From: Deltaproteobacteria bacterium
Lineage (GTDB): Bacteria > Desulfobacterota > GWC2-55-46 > UBA9637
Assembly (NCBI GenBank): GCA_016219285.1
Contig: JACRNJ010000051.1
Location: forward strand, 5,620-69,619
Direction: 5' to 3'
DNA length: 64,000 nt
The translations under genes were made by a program, and so were the position numbers. Under the pieces are notes generated by a model. That model did no database searches. It worked only from the letters and a program-made list of their open reading frames with translations, and had not been told where the DNA came from. Positions 37,147-47,212 of the stretch are shown in pieces; positions within the stretch are counted from its first letter, which is position 1; each line of letters opens with the position of its first letter.

Positions 37147-38637
37147 CTAAACATGGCATAGAAAACACTCTCTTGCAAACCCTTCTGCAAATCTGAGATT
37201 GCTTGCAAAATGCAGATGGATATAGCTGGCAAGGGTGTTTTTGTAGAGATAACCCTCTTTCATTGGGATGTGTGATGTGGCGGGCGCCCTCTGGGCGCGG
37301 ATGTGGTAAACCCTCTTAATCTTTTTAGATGGTTCTTCTATCTCTGAATAATGATATTCATGGCCGCGCATCGTCTGTCCTTTGCTTAAAAACGGGCAGC
37401 CATCAACAACCTGTATCTCCCTGTATCCCAATGATTTCCTTTTTTCAAGCATCCGTGAAACCCATGGAAACACGCCAACCATTTTATACATTTCCCCTTT
37501 TAAATCCTTCAACGCATTTCCAAGATACATAAGCCCGCCGCATTCAGCATAGATTGGAAGCCCTTTCTCTGCAAGGTTTTTAATATGCTGTCTGATCGCT
37601 TTGTTGGCTTCAAGTTTTTTTGCAAAAAGTTCAGGATACCCGCCGCCGAGATATATACCATTTATGTCAGCAGGCAGTCTTTTATCCTTCAAGGGGCTGA
37701 AAAATACAAGTTCGGCGCCAAGTTGCTTTAACATATCCAGATTTTCCTGATAGTAAAAACAAAAGGCGTTGTCCAGGGCAACAGCAATTTTTACAATTCC
37801 GATTTCCGATTCCCGATTCCCGATTTTAAATCTTGAATCTTGAACCTTGAATCTTGAATCTATTTTCAATATTCTATCAATATCAACAAACCTTTCTATT
37901 ATGCCTTCAAGTCTTTTTAATCTTGTATCTTGCATCTTGCATCCTGCATCTTTAGGCATTACCAGCCCCAGATGCCTTTCAGGCAGGATTATTTCTTCAT
38001 CCCGCGGAATATAGCCCAACACCTTTGCCTTGCACTTTGCCTCTACAGCATGTTTCAGCATTTTAAAATGCCTTTTGCTTCCAACCTTGTTGAATATAAC
38101 CCCTGCAATCTTTACATTTGGGTCAAACCTCTCATAACCATAAACCAATGCGCCGGCGCTCCTTGCCATGCTTCTGGCGTCAACAACTAATATAACAGGA
38201 ATGTCTAAAACCTTTGCCACATGGGCTGTACTTCCTTGTTCGTCATTGCCGTCTTTTCCGTCAAAGAGCCCCATGACGCCTTCAATGATGCCAATTGAAA
38301 AATCACCCCTCACCCTATCCCTCTCCCGCAAGGGGAGAGGGAACTTATTATATCCCCTCCCTTGATGGGAGGGGATAAAGGGGAGGGTGAAATGTTGTAT
38401 TGCCTTTGCAAATGTCCTTTGAACCCCGTCAACTCCCATCATCCATGTATCAAGGTTATATGACGGCCTCCCGCATACCGCCTTATGATAGCCCGGATCA
38501 ATATAGTCAGGTCCTACTTTGAATGGTTGAATAACCATCCCTCTTTTGCGGAGCGCTGCCATAAGACCAATAGCAATGGTGGTTTTACCAACCCCGCTAT
38601 GGGTTCCCGCTACTATGAAAGCCTTCATACTTTTCAC
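37147..38637 (-). CDS. cbiA: Cobyrinic acid a,c-diamide synthase (CbiA/CobB) carrying several in-frame repeat-derived inserts. GTG start.
   Basis: N-terminal P-loop GTHSGVGKTT, C-terminal glutamine amidotransferase domain (CGG). Internal heptamer repeats and an 87 nt palindromic insert read in frame. Confidence 0.8.
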   Translation of the reverse strand: MKSMKAFIVAGTHSGVGKTTIAIGLMAALRKRGMVIQPFKVGPDYIDPGYHKAVCGRPSYNLDTWMMGVDGVQRTFAKAIQHFTLPFIPSHQGRGYNKFPLPLRERDRVRGDFSIGIIEGVMGLFDGKDGNDEQGSTAHVAKVLDIPVILVVDARSMARSAGALVYGYERFDPNVKIAGVIFNKVGSKRHFKMLKHAVEAKCKAKVLGYIPRDEEIILPERHLGLVMPKDAGCKMQDTRLKRLEGIIERFVDIDRILKIDSRFKVQDSRFKIGNRESEIGIVKIAVALDNAFCFYYQENLDMLKQLGAELVFFSPLKDKRLPADINGIYLGGGYPELFAKKLEANKAIRQHIKNLAEKGLPIYAECGGLMYLGNALKDLKGEMYKMVGVFPWVSRMLEKRKSLGYREIQVVDGCPFLSKGQTMRGHEYHYSEIEEPSKKIKRVYHIRAQRAPATSHIPMKEGYLYKNTLASYIHLHFASNLRFAEGFARECFLCHV

Positions 38638-38640
38638 TTT

Positions 38641-38667
38641 CCCCAGAAATCAAAATCTATTTTTGGG
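38641..38667. repeat. Hairpin-motif copy (CCCCAGAAATCAAAATCTATTTTTGGG) immediately upstream of the cbiA start and downstream of kef.
   Basis: Direct reading. The 3' arm overlaps the presumed ribosome-binding site GGGG of cbiA. Confidence 0.5.
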
Positions 38668-40633
38668 ACTTTGTTAAAAGTTTTACTGCCTGATCAAGTT
38701 GTGCATGACTGCCCAGCAAAACCAGCACATCTCCTGTATTTATTGTTATATCGGCGGATAAACTTGTAACAGCCTTGCTGCCCCTGACAATGGCAATGAT
38801 AGTTGTACCTGTCTGTTTCCTCAAATCCAGTTCAACCAGTGTCTTGCCTATTACCGGAGAATCTTCTGTTATAAGAAAAGTTGATGTTATGCTGGCTGCA
38901 AACAAGCTGGAAAGCTCCATAAGTCTTTCCTTTGACAGAGACAGGCCTCTGAGCATTGCATATCCTTCATGCCTGATAAGGTCTATCTGATTTTGTATGA
39001 TATTTGTCGGAATGTGATACTCCCCCAAAACCCTGGCAAATATCTCAACCGATGTCTCAAACTCCTCTGATATTACCTGATTTGCGCCAAGTTTATACAG
39101 AACCTCAACCTCGCCTGTGTATCTGGTTCTGGTAATTGCGTATACTGACGGATTTATATCCTTTGCCGCTTTTAATGCCATCCTTGTTGCAACAGGGTCT
39201 GAAACTGCAAATACAATCACCCTTGCCCGTTTAATGCCTGCCTTTTTCAAAATCTCCGGGTGGCTTATGTCTCCGAATAAGGCGCGGTGTTTCTCCTTTT
39301 TTGCCTTGCTGATTCTATCTGCATTAATGTCCAGAATAATATATTCTATGCCTGTTGCCTTTAGCACACTTGCTGTATTTTGCCCGTTCAGGCCGTAACC
39401 GGCAATAATCACATGGTTGGAAAAACCCTTTGGCGCAGATTCCAGGGAGGAGATTCCCTTTGCCCCTAATATATGCGCAAGCCGCAAGGCAACACGTTGA
39501 CTCTTTTCAAATAAGAGCGGGACGGCAAGCATGGTAAGTATAGACGCGGCAATAAATGTTTGATACATCTCCTTGGAAAGGATGCCGTATTCTTCGCCTG
39601 CCTTCATAAGAACAAAAGAAAACTCGCCTATATTGGAAAGACCTATGCCGACAATTATGGCAAGGCGCAGAGGGTATCTAATTGCCTGGCCAATGCCTAT
39701 AATAACCAATATCTTCAGTATGAGAATTGCGCAGGACAGGGGGAAGATATACGGCAGATGGGACAGAAAATAGTCAAACTCAAGAAGCATTCCTATAGAT
39801 ATAAAAAAGAGGCTTGCAAACACATCCTTGAAAGGCAGCATATCCGCTACAATCTGGTGGCTGTATTCGGATTCTGATATAACAAGGCCTGCAATAAATG
39901 CGCCGATGGCCAGAGACAGGCCTGCCTGAGAAGTAAGCCATGCAATTCCAAGACATAGGAATAATGCTGTTATAATAAAAACTTCTCTATTCCTTAACCG
40001 TACAACCTGATAAAGGATGCGCGGCACAAGAAAATATGCGGCTGCAAGGATTAGGGACACAGCCAAACCAGCGGTCAATATGCTTTTAGCAATGAGAAAG
40101 GTTGTTATTACTTCAACCTTTCCCATGTGCTGCAGCAATATGACCATGGGGACAACAGCAATATCCTGCACTATTACTATGCCCATGGAAAGCCGTCCAT
40201 GAGAGGAATCTATCTCGCCCCTGTCGCTTAAAATTTTGAGGATAATGGCAGTAGAGCTTTGCGCTATTATAAACCCGAATAGCATGGCCTGAGGAAAAGG
40301 CTGATTAAATATTCTGGCAATAATAATTATAATAGCGGTTGTAAATATTATCTGGAGCCCGCCGCCGAGAACAGCCTCTCTGCCGACATTTCTCAGTTTT
40401 GCAAAAGAAAGCTCAAGGCCTATGGTAAAAAGAAGCATCACCACCCCAATCTGGGCCAAAAGTTCTACAGTGCTGACCTCGGTAATCAGCTTAAAACCAT
40501 GCGGGCCGATAATGACACCTGTAGCAAGAAAACCAACAATGGTCGGTAATCCAAGCCTGTAAAAGATGAAAATAACAGGGATAGATACGCCCATAAGTAT
40601 GATGATATCTCTAAGTAAAGGAATTTCTTCCAT
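38657..40633 (-). CDS. Kef-type monovalent cation:proton antiporter with TrkA-N/TrkA-C (RCK) domains.
   Basis: 13 TM N-terminal CPA2 domain. IIAGYGLNGQ Rossmann (TrkA-N) plus C-terminal RCK_C. Confidence 0.8.
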   Translation of the reverse strand: MEEIPLLRDIIILMGVSIPVIFIFYRLGLPTIVGFLATGVIIGPHGFKLITEVSTVELLAQIGVVMLLFTIGLELSFAKLRNVGREAVLGGGLQIIFTTAIIIIIARIFNQPFPQAMLFGFIIAQSSTAIILKILSDRGEIDSSHGRLSMGIVIVQDIAVVPMVILLQHMGKVEVITTFLIAKSILTAGLAVSLILAAAYFLVPRILYQVVRLRNREVFIITALFLCLGIAWLTSQAGLSLAIGAFIAGLVISESEYSHQIVADMLPFKDVFASLFFISIGMLLEFDYFLSHLPYIFPLSCAILILKILVIIGIGQAIRYPLRLAIIVGIGLSNIGEFSFVLMKAGEEYGILSKEMYQTFIAASILTMLAVPLLFEKSQRVALRLAHILGAKGISSLESAPKGFSNHVIIAGYGLNGQNTASVLKATGIEYIILDINADRISKAKKEKHRALFGDISHPEILKKAGIKRARVIVFAVSDPVATRMALKAAKDINPSVYAITRTRYTGEVEVLYKLGANQVISEEFETSVEIFARVLGEYHIPTNIIQNQIDLIRHEGYAMLRGLSLSKERLMELSSLFAASITSTFLITEDSPVIGKTLVELDLRKQTGTTIIAIVRGSKAVTSLSADITINTGDVLVLLGSHAQLDQAVKLLTKSQK

Positions 40634-40733
40634 ATTAAAAAGATAGTAAACCCCGCTACACCTTTCTGTCAACCCGAAAAATGATCTGAATGTATTTGCA
40701 TTTTTGGGGTGATTAAGGTAAAAATATAAATCT

Positions 40734-41027
40734 ATGAAAGACGAAATAATCCTGCCTCTTCTGGAAGAGGCAGCAGAAAAACTCTCTGTAAAGGTTTATT
40801 ACGACGATTTGAGAAAGGGCGAGGTAAACACACCGGGCGGCTCTTGTATGCTAAGGGGTGAAAGGCGCATCATTATCCACAAAAAACTATACACCAGAGA
40901 AAAGGTTGATATTTTAATGGAGATCTTGTCAGAAATGGATTTTGAAGATGTTCATCTGCCGGTGGAGATAAGAGAAAGGTTGGATAAGATAAAGGCCAAA
41001 CAAAAACCTGTGGCGGCGTCACATTAA
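40734..41027 (+). CDS. Hypothetical protein, 97 aa.
   Basis: ORF only. No family recognised. Confidence 0.35.
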   Translation: MKDEIILPLLEEAAEKLSVKVYYDDLRKGEVNTPGGSCMLRGERRIIIHKKLYTREKVDILMEILSEMDFEDVHLPVEIRERLDKIKAKQKPVAASH

Positions 41028-41120
41028 CCCCGTTAGACCTTTTACATATAAAATAAGAGTGATAAAATATATTGCTTGTTTAAAAGAGGTCTCACGGGGT
41101 GAAGGTCAATAAAGACTATG

Positions 41121-41150
41121 CACCCAAAAATAGACATTGATTTTTTACGG
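41121..41150. repeat. Hairpin-motif copy (CCCAAAAATAGACATTGATTTTTT) just upstream of the DUF62 gene start.
   Basis: Direct reading. Confidence 0.5.
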
Positions 41151-41162
41151 ATGCAGCAAGCA

Positions 41163-41965
41163 GGGAGTTTTCAAGTCAAATATGGACGGCATAATAACCC
41201 TTTTAACTGACTTTGGAACACAGGATGGCTATGTTGGCGCAATGAAAGGGGCTATCCTCTCCATCAATCCGAGTGCAACAATAGTTGACATATCCCATCA
41301 AATCCCGCCTCAAGATATAATGGCAGGCGCGTTCGTTTTATCGCAGGCAGCGCCATTCTTTCCAAGAAACACAATCCATATAGCAGTAGTTGACCCTGGT
41401 GTCGGCGGAAAGAGAAAACCCATACTCGTTCAAACAGACAGATGTTTTTTTGTCGGGCCAGATAATGGCATCTTCGGCATTGCCTTGCAAAGGGAAAAGA
41501 TTAGGCAAAAAATCCATCTTATCAATAAGGATTATTTTCTTAACCGTATAAGCCATACCTTCCATGGAAGAGATATCTTTTCCCCTGTAGGGGCATATCT
41601 GTCTAAGGGATTTGATCCATCTGTATTTGGGAAAAGGATAAGGGCAATAACAAAGCTGAATCTTAAAAAAACCTCATGCGGAAGATAGAAAAATCACAGG
41701 CCAGATAATCTATACTGACAGGTTTGGAAACCTTATTACAAATATAGATGAAGATTTAATAAAAAAGGTTTTCAAAAGTAAAAGATTTGAGGTAATGATT
41801 GGCAGCTGCACAATAAAAAAGCTTGTTCCTTCATATGCCTATGCAAAGAAAAACGAAATAGTCAGTCTCATAGGCAGCAGTGGGTTTCTGGAGATAGCTG
41901 TGAGAGATGCGAATGCCGACGTAGTGCTTGGAGTTAAGAGAGGTGATATAATAATTTTGCAGTAA
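41163..41965 (+). CDS. SAM hydroxide adenosyltransferase family protein (DUF62, fluorinase/chlorinase-like), interrupted by a +1 frame change at an A7 run (41665-41671).
   Basis: N-terminal DGIITLLTDFGTQDGYVGAMKG and, in the +1 frame after the A-run, ITGQIIYTDRFGNLITNI (conserved C-terminal domain). Confidence 0.6.
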
Positions 41966-41987
41966 ATACAATCACCGGCATGGCAGA

Positions 41988-42191
41988 TTATGGTTTGACT
42001 TTATGGATAAGCGCATCTTTCACTATTTTATCCTTTGGCATGTTATGACACCTTAAACAATCTACAAAGATAAAGGAAACCTTTCCGTGACAATGTCCGC
42101 AATACATTTTTTGATGGCTGGGTGTTGGCTGGAATACCCTTCTCTCTTTATATTTGCAAAAAACATTTGATAATATTATATTATTTTTCAA
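41988..42191 (-). CDS. Small dihaem cytochrome c-like protein, 67 aa.
   Basis: Two CxxCH motifs (CGHCH, CLRCH). Confidence 0.35.
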   Translation of the reverse strand: MKNNIILSNVFCKYKERRVFQPTPSHQKMYCGHCHGKVSFIFVDCLRCHNMPKDKIVKDALIHKVKP

Positions 42192-42310
42192 AACAGGCGG
42201 GTTGTTTAAAAAAGATGTCTTGCGAGGCTAAACGTTAAACCCTTTTTAAGAAAATGCCTGCAGTTTATAAAACATTGGAAAGTGATTTGGATAAAACCTT
42301 TGCAGTTATC

Positions 42311-42469
42311 TATGTATAGTGGACGACAAAAATAAGCAGATGTAGTTTGCCTGACCCAACCTTATGTTGGGCGCCCCATGGACGTATTTTAAAATCGCCG
42401 ATAAACTTGTCCCGTTATGTATTTAAACGGGATCGGCAGACTACAAATTTATGTCGCTGACTATAACTG
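42311..42469 (+). repeat. MITE-like repeat element, family copy d, with a nested hairpin inserted into the GCCGAT...ATCGGC stem.
   Basis: tatagtggacgacaaaaataag.ag.tgtagtttgcc.gacccaacctt..gttgggcgcccc...gtcgctgactata shared with 30011-30143. Confidence 0.6.
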
Positions 42470-42522
42470 AAGAACCCAGCAATTAAGGGTTTTTACTATT
42501 TCCATAACTCCGCTCAATACTA

Positions 42523-43029
42523 ATGAAAAGTTTTTTTATCTACCTCATTCTGGCATTGCTCTTTCTGGTAATAGAAAGCGCCCTCCTCTATCCAATACTC
42601 CCATCATTCTTAATTCCAGATGTTCTCCTTATCATGGTTTTTTATCTCGGATTTAGCAACCGCTCAACTTCAGGAGCATTAACATCCTTTTCACTTGGAT
42701 ATATTGCAGATGTATTTTCAGGAGGGATAATTGGAACCTCATCGTTTACCCTTGTATGTATATTTGCTATCACCTCCCTGCTTGCAAAGATAGTAAGTCT
42801 AAACAGCGTCTTGATAAAGATTGGAGGAACAATCTTTATGAGCATATTAAAGGGATTGTTGACATACATTCTTATCAGGCTCTTAAATCAGGAAATCCCA
42901 TTTTATATTATTCTCCTGCCATCTGTTTTCACAGGCATAGTAAGCCCATTTATATTTAACCTGTTTAAAAAAATTGAACTCAAGGCTAAAGTTGCGGCTT
43001 ATCATACAATGAAAAAAATAGAGTTATAA
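42523..43029 (+). CDS. mreD: Rod shape-determining protein MreD.
   Basis: 168 aa polytopic membrane protein immediately upstream of mrdA-rodA. Confidence 0.65.
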   Translation: MKSFFIYLILALLFLVIESALLYPILPSFLIPDVLLIMVFYLGFSNRSTSGALTSFSLGYIADVFSGGIIGTSSFTLVCIFAITSLLAKIVSLNSVLIKIGGTIFMSILKGLLTYILIRLLNQEIPFYIILLPSVFTGIVSPFIFNLFKKIELKAKVAAYHTMKKIEL

Positions 43030-43033
43030 AACC

Positions 43034-44968
43034 ATGAGCGTTTATTTAGGAAATAATGAACCTGGCGAGCTTAAAACAAGGCTTTATATTGCTATCGGCA
43101 TTGCCATCTCATTATTTTTTTTACTCGCCATAAGGTTATGGTTCCTTCAGATATTCAAGTCAGGGGAATTCAGGGAGCTATCAGAAAATAACAGGATACG
43201 TCTGGTCAGAGAAACTGCCCCTCGTGGATTAATTATAGACAGAACAGGCAAAATAATAGTAGAAAACAGGCCTGTCTTCCACCTGGCTATCATCCCTGAA
43301 GATGTAAAAAATTGGTCAAATATAAAAAAGGCTCTGCCAAGTATTGTTAACATCACAGAAGATGATATTGAAACAAAGGTCAGCCAGGCAAAGAGACGTC
43401 CATTATTCCAGGCAATAAAACTTAAAGACGATCTGACATGGGAAGAGATAGCCCGCATTGAGACATCCAGATTGGATATGCCGGGTATAGTGCTGACAAT
43501 AGAGCCAAGACGGACATACCCATTTGGCAGCGCCGCCGCTCATACTATTGGTTATCTGGGAGAAATAGATGAGCGCCAGATAAAGAAACTTAAGAAAGCT
43601 AAGTATATGCCCGGGGATTTTATTGGTAAGTATGGAATAGAATATCAACTGGAAAAATATCTGCGCGGCAGCGGCGGCGGCAGACAAATAGAGGTAGATG
43701 CCGTTGGGAGGGGAATCAAGCTTCTCAAAAAAATAACTCCGGCACAGGGATATAACATCCATCTTACTATAGATATGGAGACACAACTGGCGGCAAATAC
43801 AGCGATGAAAGACAAAGTCGGAGCTGTAATTGCCATGGACCCTCAAAGCGGCAAGATACTGGCGGCATTAAGCACACCATCTTTTGACCCAAATTATTTT
43901 GCGGCCGGCATTGACAAGGAAAAGTGGAATAACCTTATTGCAAACCCCTTTCGTGTCATGGAAACTAAAACCATTCAAGGCCAATATCCTCCGGCATCTA
44001 CTTTTAAGCTAATAACTGCCGCAGCAGCGCTTGAGGATAAGCTAATTACCCCCTCTACAAAAATATATGCGGGCGAATCATTCTGGTTTGGAAATAAGGA
44101 ATTCAGGGACTGGAAGGCAGGCGGACACGGCATTATAGATGTCCATAGGGCAATCGTAGAATCTTCAGATACCTTCTTTTATCAGGTTGGCTTAAAGATA
44201 GGGATAGACCGTCTTGCATATTATGCAAAGGGCTTCGGACTCGGCAGAAAAACAGGCATCAACCTTATAAATGAACAATCAGGGCTGGTGCCATCCAGTA
44301 AATGGAAAAAAGATACCTATGGCACTAAATGGTATGAAGGCGAAACAATATCAGTATCTGTTGGCCAAGGGTATGTTACAACTACACCGATTCAAATGTT
44401 AAATGCATATGCTGCTATTGCAAACGGCGGCAAATTATATCTGCCTCAACTGATAAACATGGTGGAAACACAAACAGGCGAGGTTATCTGGAGATTTACA
44501 CGGCAGGAAATAGGAATGATTCCTGTATCACCTTTCAACCTAAAGATACTTCAGGATGCATTAAAAGGGGTGGTAAACGAGGCCGGTGGAACTGGATGGG
44601 TAGCAAGGATAGCAGGTATAGAAGTTGCAGGGAAAACAGGGACAGCCCAGGTAATTAGGCTTAAGCAAAACACGCCCAGAAAAAAACCAAAAGACACCCC
44701 TTATGAGCATAGAGACCACGCATGGTTTGTGGGTTTTGCGCCTGTAGAAAATCCTGAGATAGCGGTTGCAGTTATTGTGGAGCATGGCGGCTTTGGCGCA
44801 GAGGCGGCAGCGCCTGTTGCCAGGGAGGTTATAAAGGCATACCTTAAATCAAGGTTGCAGCCAGAAACTATAGGTCATAAACCAAAGGAAGTCATTAAAG
44901 ATTCAGAACAAGATATACAAAATACGGCAACAGCAGAGGAGTTGGCTGCCAATGAAATCAATGATTGA
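43034..44968 (+). CDS. mrdA: Penicillin-binding protein 2 (peptidoglycan D,D-transpeptidase MrdA).
   Basis: STFK active-site motif (ASTFK), SxN and KTG(T) motifs (GKTGTAQ). 644 aa. Confidence 0.9.
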   Translation: MSVYLGNNEPGELKTRLYIAIGIAISLFFLLAIRLWFLQIFKSGEFRELSENNRIRLVRETAPRGLIIDRTGKIIVENRPVFHLAIIPEDVKNWSNIKKALPSIVNITEDDIETKVSQAKRRPLFQAIKLKDDLTWEEIARIETSRLDMPGIVLTIEPRRTYPFGSAAAHTIGYLGEIDERQIKKLKKAKYMPGDFIGKYGIEYQLEKYLRGSGGGRQIEVDAVGRGIKLLKKITPAQGYNIHLTIDMETQLAANTAMKDKVGAVIAMDPQSGKILAALSTPSFDPNYFAAGIDKEKWNNLIANPFRVMETKTIQGQYPPASTFKLITAAAALEDKLITPSTKIYAGESFWFGNKEFRDWKAGGHGIIDVHRAIVESSDTFFYQVGLKIGIDRLAYYAKGFGLGRKTGINLINEQSGLVPSSKWKKDTYGTKWYEGETISVSVGQGYVTTTPIQMLNAYAAIANGGKLYLPQLINMVETQTGEVIWRFTRQEIGMIPVSPFNLKILQDALKGVVNEAGGTGWVARIAGIEVAGKTGTAQVIRLKQNTPRKKPKDTPYEHRDHAWFVGFAPVENPEIAVAVIVEHGGFGAEAAAPVAREVIKAYLKSRLQPETIGHKPKEVIKDSEQDIQNTATAEELAANEIND

Positions 44969-46055
44969 CAGAAGATTGTTGGGACATTTTGACTGGAGTA
45001 TTTTCTCTTTAACCATATTACTGTCCATCATCGGCATTATAAATATCTATAGCGCCACCATGATAGGCGGCAGCGGCAACTTGTATAAAAAACAGCTAAT
45101 CTGGTTTTTAATCGGCTTTGGGTTCATGACCGCTATCACCTTTATAAACTATATACATCTGGAAAGGTTTGCCTATCCAATCTATATTTTATCTATCTTT
45201 TTGCTGCTTCTAACCCTCCTTTTCGGACGCACCACATCTGGCGCCACACGATGGCTCAACCTTGGTTTTATATCATTTCAACCGTCAGAATTTGCAAAAC
45301 TTGCTGTAATAATTATCTTAGCAAAATATTTTAATACAATAAAAATGCCTCTTAAAGGACTATCCATAAAAGGTTTGATTTGGCCGTCTATCCTTGTTTT
45401 TGCCCCCTTCATCCTTATTGCCAAACAGCCCGACATGGGAACAGCGCTGATTGTATTTTTTATATTTGTTTCTATTGTCATATTTGCAAAGGTGCGCGTT
45501 AGAATCCTTGTAGGCATTATCCTGGCGTCTTTACCGCTAATACCTATGGCATGGCGTTTCTTAAAAGATTATCAGAAGGCGCGTTTGATGAGTTTTTTAG
45601 ACCCTGCCTTGGATCCTTTGGGCACAGGTTATCACATACTACAATCAAAGATAGCGATTGGTTCCGGAGGGTTTTGGGGAAATGGTTTTACACACGGAAC
45701 CCAGGGGCAGTTAAGATTCCTTCCTGAGCATCATACGGATTTTATCTTCTCTATATTAGCGGAAGAATGGGGGTTTATCGGCTCCCTTACAGTCATAGCA
45801 TTATATTTCAGCCTTATACTTTTGGGATTGAATATAGCGCAAAATGCAAAGGATAGGCTCGGGGCATTTCTGGCATTTGGCGTCTCGGCTATGCTTTTGT
45901 GGCATACAGCAATAAATATCGGCATGGTGACTGGAATGCTTCCGGTTGTGGTCGTCCCGCTTCCATTTATGAGCTACGGCGGCTCTTTCCTTCTGACCGC
46001 AATGATTGGGGCAGGAATACTGGCAAATGTCAGCATGAGAAGGTTCATATTTTAG
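44952..46055 (+). CDS. rodA: Peptidoglycan glycosyltransferase RodA (SEDS family).
   Basis: 10 TM SEDS protein with HTDFIFS motif region. Overlaps mrdA. Confidence 0.85.
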   Translation: MKSMIDRRLLGHFDWSIFSLTILLSIIGIINIYSATMIGGSGNLYKKQLIWFLIGFGFMTAITFINYIHLERFAYPIYILSIFLLLLTLLFGRTTSGATRWLNLGFISFQPSEFAKLAVIIILAKYFNTIKMPLKGLSIKGLIWPSILVFAPFILIAKQPDMGTALIVFFIFVSIVIFAKVRVRILVGIILASLPLIPMAWRFLKDYQKARLMSFLDPALDPLGTGYHILQSKIAIGSGGFWGNGFTHGTQGQLRFLPEHHTDFIFSILAEEWGFIGSLTVIALYFSLILLGLNIAQNAKDRLGAFLAFGVSAMLLWHTAINIGMVTGMLPVVVVPLPFMSYGGSFLLTAMIGAGILANVSMRRFIF

Positions 46056-46212
46056 TAAATTTCTAATTTCTAAATCCTAATTCCTAATAAATCCTTGACA
46101 AATATTCTTCCTGTCAAGGATAAAATATCAAATAGCAAAAAAACAAAATTTCTGTGATTATAAATTTAGTCATTGGGCATTTCATTGGAAATTAGAAATT
46201 TGGATTTAGGAT

Positions 46213-46695
46213 TTGTATCAAAAACCTATGACCTATAACCTATCAGTAAAAAAACTTGCCATATTTCTTGCAACAGGCATGTATATAGGCTATTCTCCTT
46301 TTGCGCCGGGAACCTTTGGAAGCCTTTTGGGAGTAATTATATGCTTCTTTCTATCAACGGCAGGCCATTTAATATACGGAATTGTGCTATCTGTTGGTTT
46401 CGTTGTTGCAATATGGTCAGCATCAATTGCAGAAAAACATTTTGACAAGAAAGACCCTGGACAAATAGTATGCGATGAGGTTGTAGGATATATTATTGCC
46501 ATGTTCCTCGTACCGTTTACCTTGTTTAATGTAATTATTGTATTCCTCTTGTTCAGGTTTTTTGATATATTAAAACCCTTCCCTATAGGGGTAATAGACA
46601 AGAAAATGAATAGTGGTTTTGGAATAGTATTGGATGATGTTCTGGCTGGCATATATAGCAATATAACATTTAGCTTCATTACGAAGTTATTATGA
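46213..46695 (+). CDS. pgpA: Phosphatidylglycerophosphatase A.
   Basis: 160 aa membrane protein. GTFGSL...DILKP PgpA motifs. Confidence 0.7.
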   Translation: MYQKPMTYNLSVKKLAIFLATGMYIGYSPFAPGTFGSLLGVIICFFLSTAGHLIYGIVLSVGFVVAIWSASIAEKHFDKKDPGQIVCDEVVGYIIAMFLVPFTLFNVIIVFLLFRFFDILKPFPIGVIDKKMNSGFGIVLDDVLAGIYSNITFSFITKLL

Positions 46696-47195
46696 AAAAT
46701 GCCGGGGAGAAACCTGAAGAGGCTGTTGGGCGCATTCTTAAAAAATTGGGACTTACCATTGGCATTGCAGAATCATGCACAGGCGGCCTTCTATGCCACA
46801 GAATAACCAGTGTGCCGGGAAGCTCTGACTATTTTATAGGTGGAGTTATTGCATATAATAATGACTTAAAGAGGCATATCTTAAACGTACCAAAAGAAAT
46901 ATTACAGAAATTTGGAGCTGTGAGTAAAAAGACAGCAAAGGCAATGGCATGGGGGGCAAAAAAAAGATTGGGCAGCAATATTGGCATAGCAATAACAGGT
47001 ATTGCCGGCCCAACAGGCGGAAGTAAGGCAAAACCGATAGGGACGGTATTTATAGCTATATCATCTGAAACAATTGAAAAAGACCAAAGGTTTCTCCTGA
47101 AAGGAAGCAGACAGGATATAAAACTTGCTGCCTCAAATGAGGCGCTTAAAATGTTAAAGGAATTTCTGGAGCAAGCCGACCATGTCGGCGTCTGA
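46692..47195 (+). CDS. CinA C-terminal domain protein (nicotinamide-nucleotide amidohydrolase PncC-like).
   Basis: GIAESCTGGLL motif. 167 aa. Confidence 0.75.
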   Translation: MKNAGEKPEEAVGRILKKLGLTIGIAESCTGGLLCHRITSVPGSSDYFIGGVIAYNNDLKRHILNVPKEILQKFGAVSKKTAKAMAWGAKKRLGSNIGIAITGIAGPTGGSKAKPIGTVFIAISSETIEKDQRFLLKGSRQDIKLAASNEALKMLKEFLEQADHVGV

Positions 47196-47212
47196 ACGGC
47201 AACACGGTTGCC

